Assembly (NCBI RefSeq): GCF_006345805.1
Contig: NC_043022.1
Location: 23,560,001 to 23,624,000, forward strand
Origin: Octopus sinensis
Taxonomy: Eukaryota
Direction of reading: 5' to 3'
DNA length: 64,000 nucleotides
Positions 24,886 to 39,430 of the stretch are shown here, one piece after another (position 1 is the stretch's first letter; every line of letters begins with the position of its first letter). Made by a program: the position numbers and the translations under genes. Below the pieces are notes generated by a model. That model was not told the DNA's origin. It searched no databases and was given only the letters and a program-made list of their open reading frames with translations.

Positions 24886-25444
24886 GGTAGATTTGATTAT
24901 ATAGACAACTCATCAGATCTACTTCTGGTCAGCAGGCCTGGTAAGTCCTCTGTATTGGCAAGTGCAATAGTAGATACAAAATCAATGATAACTTTCTGAC
25001 CAAGGATATAATATTTGACTACAGCAGAACTTTAGTTTACAAATGCCTCTCATCATGAACAAATCAGTTTACAAACAAACATTTTCAAACATAAAATATC
25101 TTGGGTGATGAATGGTGTCATGAGTAACAACCACACAAGCCAACAAATATGGTAGGTGACAAGCTGGAAATATCAATTGCTGTCCAGCTCTAATTCAGTG
25201 CACATCTCTGCTTTAATTTGCTGTAACTTTTCTGGAATTCCCTATGGGAAAAATAGTTTCGGTTTCTGAACACTTTGGGTGATGAATGGCCTTTAGGAAT
25301 GAATTTAAATTCTTAAACTGAGGTTCTACTGTATAATTGCTCAAAATTTCTTTTAGAGTGTGCTTTTTTTCCCTGACTTATAGACAACTGATATACATAT
25401 ATATATATACATACATACACACACATGCATGCACGCACGCATGC

Positions 25445-25485
<41 letters not shown>

Positions 25486-25554
25486 CATACATACACATAT
25501 ATATATAATATATATATATATGAACTGCATTGTGTTATGAATAATATTGCAGAG

Positions 25555-25575
25555 ATGGCAATAGAGATAAACAAG
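25555..25575 (+). CDS. Candidate 21-nt microexon (MAIEINK)
   Basis: Context gcagAG|ATGGCAATAGAGATAAACAAG|gtgagt has a strong donor. Phase 0 matches the donor at 20446. The polypyrimidine tract is weak. Confidence 0.2.
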
Positions 25576-26552
25576 GTGAGTTTTATTTTTTTTAAACATG
25601 AAAAAAGATAGTAACAATGATGATGTGCCCAAGTCTGTAGATATTAAAATTGAGATGATTTTCAATAGACAACTGATGAAAGCACCAGACTTGTGTACAT
25701 TCATTGTTGCTGTTTTTCTGTTTTCCTGAAAACAAATGCTTGTCTGTACTGCTATTTTTCTGTAATATCTTCTTGGCAGTCTTTTGAGTCCAAAGAAGAT
25801 GATATTGCAATTTCTTGTTGAACAACTGGTACAAATTTGTTTATATTGATCCGCCCATAAGATCACTCCTGCAATCAAACTGACATAGCCACATATTAAA
25901 TGTTGAAGTGGTTGCCAAGCAATGTGAAATGAAGTATTTTGTTGAAGAATACAATGCACTGCCTGATCCAGGAATAGAAACCACAATCTCATAATCATGA
26001 GTGCAACACCCTAATCACCAACCTGCATGCCCTCACTTGAAAAATTTGTATGTGTGAGTGTGTGTGTATGTGAACAAGTGAAAAAGTGAGTGAGTACATC
26101 TGTGTAGCTATGATCTAGCTATCAGTCTATTTGTCTAACTATTTTTCCCTGTGTGTGTGTGTATAAATGTATGTATGTATGTATATGTCTTTGTGTGTGC
26201 ATATATATATATATCCATATGTCTGTGTGTATGTGTGTTTGTGCAAATGTGTATATTATCATTTTAATGTCTTCTTTTCCATGTTTACATGGGTCAGACT
26301 TTGTTGAAGCAAAATTTTTTATAGCCTCCAGTACATATACATAAACATAGATATGTATGTATACATGTGTGTGAGTATGTATGTATGTATGTATGTATGT
26401 ATGTATGTATGTATGTATGTATGGATGTATGGATGTGAAAAAGAGAGAGGTACCTTTGTATATTCACAACCAAACAGATACATATGCAGACACAGAAATA
26501 TGTATGCATGTACATACATAAAAAGCACATATGCCTATGTATATATGTCTTC

Positions 26553-26628
<76 letters not shown>

Positions 26629-27362
26629 CTGTACCATGATACTATACACTCACATATATACACAATATTTTTCACCCACCTGAAGTATCAGTTACCTGGT
26701 TAAACTACTGATCATGGTACTGAACATTCTGGAACTATAGAAATATCATCAGCATCATCATCATCGCCATCATCATCCACCTGTCTGTGTATCTATCTGT
26801 CTGTCTATGATTATCTATCATCATCATTATCATCCTCAGCATTGTTGTTAAACTTTCTATCTGATTATCTAACTGTCATCATCACCATCATCAGTGTTTT
26901 GATGTAAATTTATACAGAAATTATTCATGCACGTATGCATGCACACATGCATATACACACGCACACATGCATGCTCGCATGCATGCACACATGCACACAC
27001 ACACACGCATACACACACACACCAATGCACACAATGTAAACACAAAAAGCAAACAACCTAGAGTAGGAACTATTAGTGAGGGAAGAAGAGAATGAAGCAG
27101 AGTGAGAGAGAAAGACAGGAAATGAATTGGAAGGACGTAGTAATATTAGAAATATATACATAGAAAGAAAGAAAGGGAGAGGGAGAGAGAGAGAGAAAGA
27201 AAGAAAAAGAGAGTTTGTCTAATACTAAGTTATCAACTATATACAATCATAGGTGGTAGCAAGGGTGAGTGATAATAGTTTACTTCCCAATCACTTGGTT
27301 TCAGTGAACCAACCAAAGCCTTGTGAGTGTTTTTAGTGGACAGAAACTGAAAGAAGCCTGTC

Positions 27363-27398
<36 letters not shown>

Positions 27399-27430
27399 TA
27401 TATATATATATATAATATATATATATATAT

Positions 27431-27520
27431 AGTTGAAATTTATAGAAAAACAAAAGACGAAGACAGGTGTATTAGCTTGACACTTGGTAAAGTAAGAAAG
27501 TCATTTATATTTCGAGCCAA
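27431..27520 (-). mobile_element. Truncated copy of the 51912-52082 family
   Basis: Shares segments with 51912-52082. It retains GCUCGAAA, but the CUGANGA half is replaced by an adjoining RTE 3'UTR. Confidence 0.45.
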
Positions 27521-28019
27521 TCTGATCTTGCAGAGTTTCTACAGCTGGATGCCCTTCCTAATGCCAACCACTCCGAGAGTGTAGTGAGTGCTTTTACATG
27601 CCACTGGCACGAGAGCCAGTCTGGTGGTACTGGCAACGGCGATGCTCAAATGGTGTTTTTTATGTGCCACCTGCACAGGAGACAGTCCAGCGGCATGGAC
27701 AACGACCTCGCTCGAATGTTTTGTTTACGTGCCAGTAAGACAACGCTGGTAACGATCACACTCAAATGGTGCTTTTTATGTACCACCGGTATGGAAGCCA
27801 TAAAGATGCTCTGGCAGTGATCCTGCTTGGATGGAGCTGTTAGCGCTTCACTGGCATGGGTGTCAGTCATCGAATTTGGTTCAGTTTCGATTTCACTTAA
27901 CCCAACAGGTCTTCACAAGCAGAGTTTAGTGTCCAATGAAGGAAGGTTGGCATGGGTGCCAGTTGTCGAATTTGGTTTGATTTCACTTACCTCAATAGAT
28001 CTTCGCATACATTTATTTG

Positions 28020-28087
<68 letters not shown>

Positions 28088-28361
28088 ATCTATTTGTATG
28101 CGTCTTTGTGTCTCTGTTTGTGCCCCCATCACTGCTTGACATCTGGTGTTGGTGTGCTTACATCCCCATAACTTAGTGGTGTGGCAAAAGAGACTGATAT
28201 AATAAGTACTAGGCTTAAAGAAAAATAACTTCTAGGATTGATTTGTTCGACTAAAAACCCTTCGAGGTGGTGTTCCAGCATGGCTGCATTCAAATGATTG
28301 AAACAAGTAAAAGAATAAAACAATGTGTGTGTATGTATATATATATATATATATATATATA

Positions 28362-28516
28362 CTTTCAACAATATAAGGAATGGCCATAATAGGAAAGAGC
28401 AGCCAAACTCAAACCACTAAATAGTTGTAATTCTGAAATAGAAAGAGAAATAAAAATGTTTACCCCTTTCATCTCTGGACTATGCATAGTTTCGGCTAAC
28501 TTATATTATTTATTAA
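28362..28516 (-). mobile_element. Short element between two (TA)n tracts carrying the 3' half of a hammerhead
   Basis: The minus strand reads CC-GAAA-CUAUGCAUAG-UC-CAGAG. Stem III is a perfect 12-nt palindrome (ACUAUGCAUAGU) with a GUC triplet. No CUGANGA is present upstream. Confidence 0.4.
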
Positions 28517-28520
28517 TATA

Positions 28521-28656
<136 letters not shown>

Positions 28657-28951
28657 CAGACAGACAGACAGATATAGGTAAATCAATAACAAATGATGAA
28701 TCAAAACACAAAAGCAACAAAAGTGCAAGGAATGTTCACATTGAATGTTATTAACTTGATACTTGAACAAAAAAGTTATAAATTTAAGAGTAAAAGGTTT
28801 GATGTTTCAAGCATAGCCCTTCAGTGGGTGGTTATGCAGAGAAACGTCCAGAAAAAAGGAGATAGAAGAATAGAATCAGGAAATATAGCACGTGTACAAC
28901 TCACACGTTCAATCACTACCTATATATTTATGTGTGTGTGTGTGTGTGTGT

Positions 28952-28983
<32 letters not shown>

Positions 28984-29282
28984 CATACATACATACATAT
29001 ATATACCCTACACACACTTATAAAGTAAATGAAAATGATAGCAAAAAAAAGCACAGATGCATACATGTTTATATAGACACTCACCTCCATACAATTACAC
29101 ACACACACACTCTCTCTCTCTCTCAGACACATACACATACACACATTTAACGTGGCTAGAAGCACATACACTTGCACACAAATCCTCCTCTGCCTTTTTC
29201 TTCTTCATTTTCTTCTTTCTCTTCTTTTACTACTACAACCCACCATCACTACCTCCACCACCCACCATCAACTGTTGCCACC

Positions 29283-29313
<31 letters not shown>

Positions 29314-29683
29314 CCAACACCACCGCCGCTGCCACCACCACCACCACCACCACCACTGGCACTACCTACTCAAAGTTCTAAACCTAAAGTTCAGACAGAC
29401 TTCTCTAAATTTCTTCTCACTTTGCTTTGGGGATTTACTCCTCCCCACCATTGCAAACATATACACATTCATTTGCACAGACATACACCAAAAGTGTATA
29501 CATATACATACATATTCACAGAAACATTTGTATACACATGCACACAGGCATACTTATATACATACGTATATGCACACATACATACACATATACAACTATC
29601 TTCATATACAATGATAAATATAGCTACATATATACATATATAAATACATATATGCACACAGACATAAATGTATGCATTCACAA

Positions 29684-29742
<59 letters not shown>

Positions 29743-30174
29743 AGTACTCACATACACAGGCAAGCACATTTACATATTCAGAACTAGATATGTGTGTGTG
29801 TATATACATAAAACATGCATATATACACATATGTATACAAAAACACATATATACACTTATACATGCATAGATAAATACCTACCTGTTTATATGCAAATAC
29901 AATCATATATGCATATACAAACATATCTACATATACATGCGTTTGTACATACATACATTCATATATATTCGCATGCATACAAACATATAAACATACATAT
30001 ATGCATACAAACCCACAAACTTTTATACATATACAAGCATATATACATATACATGCATACATATATGTGTGTATATACATAGATATGTTCATAGGTATTC
30101 AACATGAGCAGTTTGCATATTTGGCGTGGGAGAATATTCAGGAAATTTACAAAGACTATCCTGAAACATAAATA

Positions 30175-30590
30175 TCGGTTTCAAATTTTGATACAAGGCC
30201 AACAATTTCAGGGAGAGGTAAGCCAATGACGTTGACCCCAATGCTTCACTGGTACTTAATTTATCAACCCCAGATGAAAGGCAAGCTCAACCCTGGCAGC
30301 ATTTGAGCCCAGAACATTAAGTCAGAAGAAATGCCACCAAGCATTTTGTCCAGCGCAGTAACAATTCTGCCAGCATAAATATTAATAATAATAATAATAA
30401 TAATGATTCTTTCAACTACAGGCATCAGGCAGAAATTTGTGGTGAGTGGGATAGTCAATAACATTGGCCCCAGTGCTCAATTGGTACTTATTTCATTGAT
30501 CCTCAAAAGGATGGAAGCAAAGTTGACTCTGGCAGAATTTGAATATAAAGATGGACAAAACACCACTAAGCATTTTGTCTGGTATAAATA
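30175..30590 (-). mobile_element. Two head-to-tail family-A SINEs
   Basis: Reverse-complement matches to 515-1165. Other copies lie at about 4790-4880, 5990-6110, 33010-33130, 34520-34730 and 54260-54430 (all minus). Confidence 0.75.
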
Positions 30591-31247
30591 ATAATGATAA
30601 TAATAATAATATTCTTCTTCTTCTTCTTCTTCTTCTTCGTCTTTACATTCTGCTGAAGTTCTCTTTGTCTTTCATTCTTTCAAGATCAACAAAAGAAATA
30701 TCAGTTGAACACTAGGGTTAACCACTGCTCCAGAACTGCTGGCCTTGTACCAAAATTTGAAACCACTGTGATATCTATCAGCATTTTTATATACCTTGTT
30801 ATCCTTTGGAACACTTTCATTGAAGATCCTTTTGTTTAAGATCATATTGACATTTGCCTGAAACTTGAATTCTTCATGCAAAGAGTTATTACAGATAACA
30901 CAAAGGGCCACTGTTTGTCATGCTTGATCATTTAGCTACACAGGCCAGAGCAAGATTCTTTTCAAGAAGACTGGGTGTTGGGCAGCTATGTAAGTTTCCT
31001 CTGTCTATGACCTTGATACTTATCCAAAGGAAAGGTCACTGGCTTGGTTTAAAAAGACAACAACAGCTTGGCACAAGTGTCATTGCAGGCATTGTCTCAG
31101 AACCTAAAGAACCAAGTCCGGCATTCTCTCTTTTTTTCTTTTACTTGTTTCAATCATTAGGCTGTCACCATGATGGGGCACTACCTTCAAGAATTTTTAG
31201 CCGAATAAATCAACCTCAGTATTTATTATCTTTTTTTCAGCCTTGTG

Positions 31248-32518
31248 TTGAGTCATCCCATGAATAATGTAGTTTTTTCAATTGCATGAACTAAAAGTTG
31301 GAGGGGGATGGGATAAACTACCTACATCAACATGCTAAAAAAAGCAGATAATAATTTTACCTTGTACTTATTCTTTGATGAGTGCAGTTCTATTTTAACA
31401 TTTACTTTTTCAAAGCTATATCAAAAGTGTCAAAGGAGCATATTCAGCATATTTTGCTTTATGAGTTCAATAAAGGCAACAATGCAATGGAAAGTGTGAA
31501 GATTATTAATGCAGTATATGAGGATCTGACAATAAGTGTAAGCCAGTGTCAACAGTGGTTCCAGAAATTCTGAGCTGGAAACTACAGCCTAGAAGATGAG
31601 CCTCACCCAAGAAGATCTGTAGAGCTCGACAAAGACGTCCTGCAAACCCTGGTGGAACAAAATCCCATCATAAATGTTGAGGAACTAGCAGAGAAGCTTG
31701 GATTTGGTCATTCAACTATTCATAAACACCTGCATGCCATTAGGAAAGTCAGAAAATGGGTCAATTGGTTCCTTACAAACATTTTGAGTCTAATCACATG
31801 CAGAAAGTGAATGTGTGCTCTTCTTTGCTGTCACGTCTCACAAATTAACCTTTTTTAGATTGAATAGTGACTGGTGATGAAAAATGGGTTCTCTATAAAA
31901 ATGTCAAGCGCCAAAAACAGTGGGTAGGGAAAGGAGAAACACCAACACCCCAGGCTAAAGAAAGTCTTCACCTATGTATGGTGTTGCTATCTATTTGATG
32001 GGATATGAAAGGTTTAGTCCACTTTGAACTTTTAAGCTCAAATCAAGCAATAACAAAGGAGATCTATTGGGAGCAGCTTGAGCAGCTTAAGTCAGCGCTA
32101 GAAGGAAAACGACCATCTTTGGTTTCAAGACAAAAGGTGTTCTTCCATCAGGATAATGCTCAGCCACATACAGCAAGGATAAATGGGAAACATTGCCCCA
32201 CCTACAATATTCGCTGGACATTACCCCATCAGATTATTATTTATTCCACAGTCTTCAAAATTTATTTCACAGTCTTCAAAATCATTTGGACAGAAAAAAT
32301 ATGAATTCTGTAGACAAGGTCAGAACAGTACTGGAGGAGTAGTTTTCATTGTGGACAAGTGAATTTTGGAAGAAGGACCTTGCAGGTCTACCAGATTAAT
32401 GGAAGAGTATTGTAGAAAATGAAGGAGAGTATATTTCAGATTAAAAAAGAACTTTGTCTATCCTAATTTTGAAAAATAAAAGAAGTATAAAAAATGCATT
32501 ATTTATGGGATGATCCAA
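31248..32518 (+). mobile_element. Full-length (1271 bp) decayed mariner transposon
   Basis: TIRs TTGAGTCATCCCATGAATAATG and CATTATTTATGGGATGATCCAA, with TA at the right flank. Transposase remnants include HILLYEFNKG, WFQKF*AGNYSLEDEP, VTGDEKWVLY and FHQDNAQPH, with stops and frameshifts. It is inserted into the GGTACTTATT site of a SINE. Confidence 0.92.
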
Positions 32519-33697
32519 TACTTATTCTAATTGTCTCCTTTGCTGAACCACTGAGTTACAGGGACATAAACAAAACCAACATCAGTTGTCAAGTGGTGGT
32601 GGGTGGACAGACACAGACACAAAAACTCATACACATACCTATATATATATATATATATAGGGCACAGAAAGTGTGTCTATAGCCAGCTGGAGGACGTGTC
32701 CTCCTGGGGCTACAAACTACAGTAGCATCCACCCTTAGGGGTTAGCCATATTCAAATGGCAAATATACGTCATGATGTGTTGCTGCTACTGTTTATAACT
32801 CGCTCTGAGTTTTATCATTGTTTTATATATATATATATATACGACAGGCTTCTTTCAGTTTCCATTTGATTGACCTAACACGATAGTAGAAGACACTAGT
32901 CAAAGGTCCCAATCAGTGGGACTGAACCCAGCACCATGTGGTTGGAAAGCAAGCTATTTATCACACAGCAATGCCTGATATCTTTTTTAAATCCAACACC
33001 CTGTACTGGTACATTTTTATTAACCCTAAAAAGCTGAAAAGCCAAGCTGACCTCTGTGGGATTTGAACTCAGAGCATAGAGAGCAAATAGTGAAAAGCAG
33101 TCTATACAATGCCCTACGATTCTAGTGCCTATGCTTGGATGAAGGCCTAGTAAAAATCTAGGTTGTCCTGCTCCAACAGCTGCTAGAATGCATGTCACTT
33201 ATGAAGGCATTTCTTGTGACATTAGCACAACATCAAAGAACAAGAACAAGAACATCAACATACACATCATCAATAGTATTAACAAGAAGGATATCAACAA
33301 TGACATCTACAACATCAATCATGACACCAACAACAACAACAGCATCATTGGAGTAAAACTGGGGGGCAAAGAAATTGAGAAATGTAAACAGAGCCTTTTT
33401 TTTAAATTGTAATTATAGAAGAAACCCAAAATATGAAGTGTATTTCACCCCTTGGAGTATGAACTCAGTAATGTGGTATTTAATTGGTGTTAAATAGCAG
33501 ATGAAGGTAGCAACATCAAACACCCTCATTCACCAAATGCCACATATCAGAGGCAGTTTCAAGTAGTGAAAGTGTAGGAAAGCTAATGGGAGTGCCCCCA
33601 GTATAGCTGCAACTCTTGGGCTGAAACTAGTGAAGGATAAAAAAAAAAAAAAGGTACATATGTAGAGATATATGAACATATCTATATACATATGTGC

Positions 33698-33744
<47 letters not shown>

Positions 33745-34929
33745 TTCAGCAAAATTTAGATTCAAATGAATATGGTACTTAAGTCAGATGCACCAGAATT
33801 TAGTATGGTGTTATCCATATAAATCCATGGGGTGATTATAATCAAAATAAGCAACAAGAATATCTTCAGTAATTTGGTACGATTATTTCATGCTACATCA
33901 TTTTATTAAACATTGTAAGTATTACAACAGTTTTAAAATGTTGAGCAACCATCAGCCATATAACAGTTTGGCAAAAGAGTCCATTAGAATAGGTATCAGA
34001 CTTAGAAAAAAAGTACTGGAGTTGATTCATTTGACTAAAATTCTTCAAAGTAGTGCCCCAGCATGGCCGCAGTCTAATGACTGAAACAAGTAAAAGAATA
34101 AAAGAATACATATATATTTATGGAGAGCATAAATATATAGAATGCTAAGAAGGGAATACATATATGTACATATGTATGTATATGTACATATATAGTATGT
34201 CTCTGTACTCCACCATTGTTTGACACCCAGTGTTTATTTGTGTCCTCATAACAAAACAGTTCAGCAAAAGAGAGTGATAGAATATGTATCAAGCTTAAAA
34301 AAAAGAAAGTACTGGGATCAATTTATTCAAGTGAACCCTTCAAAGGTGGGGCTCCAGCATAGCTGCAGACCAACAAGTAAATAAAAAACAAAAGAATTTA
34401 TCATAGTAACAATCACTTGAAGCAGCCATAGTAATCATCATCATTATAACAACAGCCATTAGTAATTGTGACTCTCATCATGGTAACAGCTAATGTGGTA
34501 GTTGCAAGCATCACATTGATTTCAAATTTTGACACAAGGCCAGCAATATCGTGGGATGTGTGAAGGCAATTACATCAACCCCAGTGCTCAACTTATACTT
34601 ATTTTATCAACCTTGAAATGATGAAAAGCAAAGTTGACCTTGATGACATTTGAACTCAGAACATAAAGACAAAGGAAATGCTGCTAAGCATTTTGTCCAG
34701 TATGGTAATGATTCTGCCAGCTGCTGCCTTAGTAATAACCTTCTTATTAATTTTGTAAGTTAGATGGAGGTGTGGTTGATTGCATTGAATCCTAGAATAT
34801 TACTGGTAAGTTACTTTAGTGATCCAAGAGGGATGAAAAATAAAGTGGATCTTGGTGAGGATTAAAGCCATAATTACAATCACAAAGTTATACTACAGCT
34901 GTAATCTTATTAACATTCCAGCTATTAGA

Positions 34930-35170
34930 AATCACCATAGTAAGACTAACAGTAGCAGTTACCATAGAAACACTACAGTTGTAGCAATTACCATAGTAAC
35001 ACTAAAAGCAGTAGCAATCAACACTGAAGCACTACAACAGTAGCTGTAACCTTAGTAATGTTACAGTAGTAGCAATTACCATAGCAACATTACTATAGTA
35101 ACCATCACAATGGAAATGTTCCACAACAACAGTGTTGACAATCACCATAGTAACTGTCAGTAATAGTCCC
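34930..35170. repeat. ~29-bp degenerate tandem repeat
   Basis: ACCATAG-like anchors at 34934, 34961, 34990, 35049 and 35078. Confidence 0.7.
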
Positions 35171-35601
35171 TGCAGTCAGCATATGGTTTATATAGAAACA
35201 GTTGCCATGGAAACAATGAACAACAAAAATTGCGACTTTTCTCATTAAGCACAAATGTCTCAGATTTCCTTGTTGATGAGAAGAAATGCTCCCCTTCCTT
35301 GCAAAGTTAGCTATACTATTATAAGTAGTGCTAGCAATGAGTTTTGGATGTCGGGGCAGAAACCTGCTCCGGCATCTCATCAGTTATCGAGGCAATAAAA
35401 AAATGCTATGAAAATGGCCGTGAAACAAAGGAAATTACTATGTAATTGACCGTTATTAAGACAAAAGAGCTATTAGAAAGAGCGTTAAATAAGGGGGAAG
35501 AAACCAAAGGGGAGAAAGTAAAAAGTAAAGAATTAAAAATGCTCATAACAATCGTGTATGCATGCATGTACATACATACACATACATGCATGCACACCCA
35601 C

Positions 35602-35704
<103 letters not shown>

Positions 35705-36111
35705 CTGGTACTCTGTCAGCTACAATGATAGTGTTCTAGTTGATCTGATCAGTGAAAAAGTCTGCTCATGAAATTAACATGTAAGTGGCTGAGCACTTCA
35801 CACATGCCTACCCTTAATACAGTCCTCAGGGAGATTCAGTGTGACACAGAATATGACTAGGCTGGTGCCCTTTGATTAACAGGTACTACCCATTTGTGCC
35901 AGCTGAATGGACTGGAGCAATGTGAAATAGTGTCTTGCTGAAAGACACAAAGCACTGCCAAGAACCAAATGCATGACCTTACGATCATGAGCTGAACACA
36001 CCTAACCACTAAGCCCCACACCTTCACACACACACACACATACACATATATACACATACACACAACAGTGAGCTTCTTCAGTTTCTATTCACCAAATCCA
36101 TTTACAAGGCT

Positions 36112-36278
36112 GGAATAAGCTGCCAGAGGAGATAGTGAAGATGCCAAAGTCTCTCTTGGCCGGAAATGGCCTGAACTCTTTGTATGACCATCCTCCCTGT
36201 ACATAACTCCCTGTCCCCCTACATGGCCTTGCTTTTGCTTTTTGAGCCATAAAAATTAAATTAAATTAAATTAAATTA
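36112..36278 (+). mobile_element. Short CR1-like 3' end with an (AAATT)n tail, inserted in a SINE
   Basis: Translates to WNKLPEEIVKMP. Flanked by TSD AAGGCT, which splits the SINE segment CACAAGGCTTTGGTC. Confidence 0.7.
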
Positions 36279-36604
36279 AAGGCTTTGGTCAGCACAGGGC
36301 TGTATTAGAAGACACCCAAAGTGCCACACAGTGGGAGTGAAACCACAATCATGTAGGTAAGAAGGAAATCTGTTACCACATACCCTTGCCAGTGTCTATA
36401 AATGGAGTGAAATTTTTTACATTTATCATTAATTTTTATTATCATTTTTTTTACACTTCTAATTTTTGACCACAAAACGTAGTTGACAAAACAACAAAGA
36501 TTTGCAGATATTTATCTGCAACTGAGTTATTCTCATCTCATGTTGCAATGCATTTTACTGTAGGAAAAAACAACAACAAAATAACAAAGAAAATTTCTCT
36601 TCAG

Positions 36605-36716
36605 GTGAACTTCCTGCCAAATGTTATAAACCAGCAGACATCCTGGTTCTGTTCCAAGAATGGAAATGGCTAAATCATACAAGTGTGCTTACTACAATTA
36701 CTCCCCAGACTCACAG
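36605..36716 (+). CDS. Candidate exon (gene assignment unknown)
   Basis: Acceptor tttctcttcAG and donor CACAG|gtaaac. Only one frame is open (ELPAKCYKPADILVLFQEWKWLNHTSVLTTITPQTH). It is non-repetitive sequence among repeats, with no recognised homology. Confidence 0.22.
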
Positions 36717-38367
36717 GTAAACCATTCTGTGAGTGGAAGAGTAAGGGACAGGGGAAGATAGTGGGTGTGTGGGGAGTGGAGAGGGAAAAGAAGGAAAGAG
36801 GAAGATGAGGAGAAGGTAAAAAAGAAGCTAAGGAGGAAGACGGAGAAACAGAAGATTAGGGGATGGGAAGATAATGATGTTAATGGTGGTGGTGGTGGTG
36901 GTGGTGGTGGTGATGATGATGATGATGATGATGAAACATCTGCCATTCCTACCATTCCAAGAAAAAAGCAATTTTGTTGAAGAAATTGTGAACAAAATTA
37001 AATACAAACATACACATACATACATGTATTTATATGTATATATAAACATAACTACACACACACATACACATACATATATACATATATAAATATATAGGTA
37101 TAAATAAATCTACCTCTGTCTTTATCTATACACATGCACACACACATATACATAGACACACACACATGAATATATATATATACACACACACATACATACA
37201 TACATACACACATATGCACATGAATATATGTATATATAAATGTATATACACACACACTTTAAGTTTTTTATTTCATCTATTTTCTACAGGAGGTATTCTG
37301 TTTTAGTCTTTACTTCAAATATCTCACTTCCAAATTTGATGACGTCTATTTTGGGGGATTTTTCAGTAAAACTCAACCAGCTGGAATTTAGAGAAAAAAA
37401 TATTACAATAATGATGATGATGATGATGATGATAATAATAATAACAACAGTTTGAATACACAATAACAACAGAGAGAGTTTGAGAATAGCTAGTGGTTTA
37501 CTGTGATGTGTTGTGCTCTGTGCTGCTGTTGAAGCAGCAGCAGCACACATTACGTATATAATTGGCTTTTGGTTGGGTCCCTTCCAATGCCAACTACCAC
37601 CACCACCACCACCACTATTACAGCTACATCATCACAACCACTGCTACTCACCCCAGTACTACCAACACTAACAGCACTAATCCTACCTTCATCACAACCA
37701 CCAGTACTACCACTTATTCTATGACCACTATCACCACTGCCACCATCACCACCATTCAATTGCCACTTCCACAACCACCACCACCACCACCATCATCATA
37801 AGCATCATCACCACTGTCATTACCTCTAAAATCACCTCCAATGCCTTCACCTCATTCCTGCTACCATTATAACCATCACTGCTACTACTACCACTACTAC
37901 TACCTCCAACACCACAACTACTACCACAAGCATGCCCTACTGCTGCTGTCATCCCTCACTTTATTTCACCTACATTAACCACATCGTCATCAAAACTACC
38001 CCCATTATTACTACCTCCATCACAATCGTGACCACAACCTCCACCACCACACATCATTTCTAATATGACTGCAGTTCACAAACACCTGACTCCACTATAT
38101 ACACACTAGTCCCTTCTATGCATTGTCCTATACTTTGCACAACACGTTTTTAATACATACACCCTGCGCTTAGTACAACTATCACTGTTTCTCAGTCCAT
38201 CCATTAGAACCTTCAATACACTAACTACTCTTAATAGTGCAACAATAACTACCCTTAATAAACTATTTGTTACAACTCTGTGCTCAGAATTCAGATCCCA
38301 TCAAGGTCAAATTTGCCTCAGTCTTCATACTCACTTCAAATACCCCTGCATTCTACATCCAAAACTA

Positions 38368-39430
38368 CAACTGCCCTCAGTCTAATCAAAACTGTTCTCA
38401 ATCCAAACATAACTTCCCGTAACTTTAAAACATCTGCCTTCAATATACTCATAACTGCCCTCAATGTCCTCATAACCATGCCATAAGGCCCTCATCCAAC
38501 TACCTACCCTCAATGAACTCATAACTGTCCTCAGTCCAGTTACCTACTCTCAACATTCTCACTACTGCCCTCATACTGTTACCTGCCCTTCATATGCTCA
38601 TAACTGTCCCATAATTGCCCTCATCCAACTACTTGCCCTCAATATGCACATAACTGTCCTCAGTATGATAATAACAGTTTCCTAATGACCCTCATTCCAG
38701 CGATCTGCCTTCAATATGCTCATAACAGTTTCCTGACTGCCCTCAATAATTTTTCTGCACTCAACAAGCTCATAACTGCCTTAAGTTATGCTCATAACTA
38801 CCTGCCCTCAATATTCTCATAATTGTCCTCAGTTCAGCTACTTGCCCTCAATATGCTCATAATGGTCCTGTAACTGCTCTTATCCAGTTGCCTGCATTTA
38901 ATATGCACATAACTGTCATCAGCCCAACTAGCAACCCTCAATACACTCATATATGCCCATATCCAACTACCTGCCCTCAATGCTATCATAACTGCCCTCA
39001 GTCTAACTACCCTCAATAACTGCCTTCAGTCCAACTACTTGCCCTCAATACACTCACAACTGTTCTCAGTCCTACTACCTGCCCTCATTGCACTCATAAC
39101 TTCTCTCTATATAACCGCAATTGCTTTTCATACATACAACAACAACCATTTCTATAACAACTGCCCTCAATTTACTCATGACTGCCTTGAATCCAAAGGC
39201 CATAGCCTTCAATATACATACAACTATGTTCAGCGAAACCTGAATTGCATGCATACACTCTCAACTGCTCTCAGTCTAACAACAACTGCCTTCAGTCAAA
39301 TTACAATTGCTCTTAATCCATCTGCAGTTGCTCCCAAAACACTCACAACTGCTTTCAGAACCTTCATATACCTTCAACTGCCCTCGGTTTACTTACCAGT
39401 GTCCCCAGTTCAGCTAAAACTGCCCTCAAT
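38368..39430. repeat. Degenerate ~40-bp minisatellite
   Basis: Recurrent AACTGCCCTCA and ATAACTGTCCTCAG sub-units. Eyeballed unit: ATAACTGTCCTCAGTCCAACTACCTGCCCTCAATATGCTC. Confidence 0.8.

Noticed and set aside
35325-35392. Minus-strand CUGAUGA followed by a long stem and CAAAAC
   Set aside because: It is hammerhead-like, but G12 is absent and no valid stem III, NUH site or adjacent stem I could be built.
38368-39430. CRISPR-like array
   Set aside because: The context is eukaryotic, the units are degenerate and contiguous, and there are no unique spacers or cas genes.
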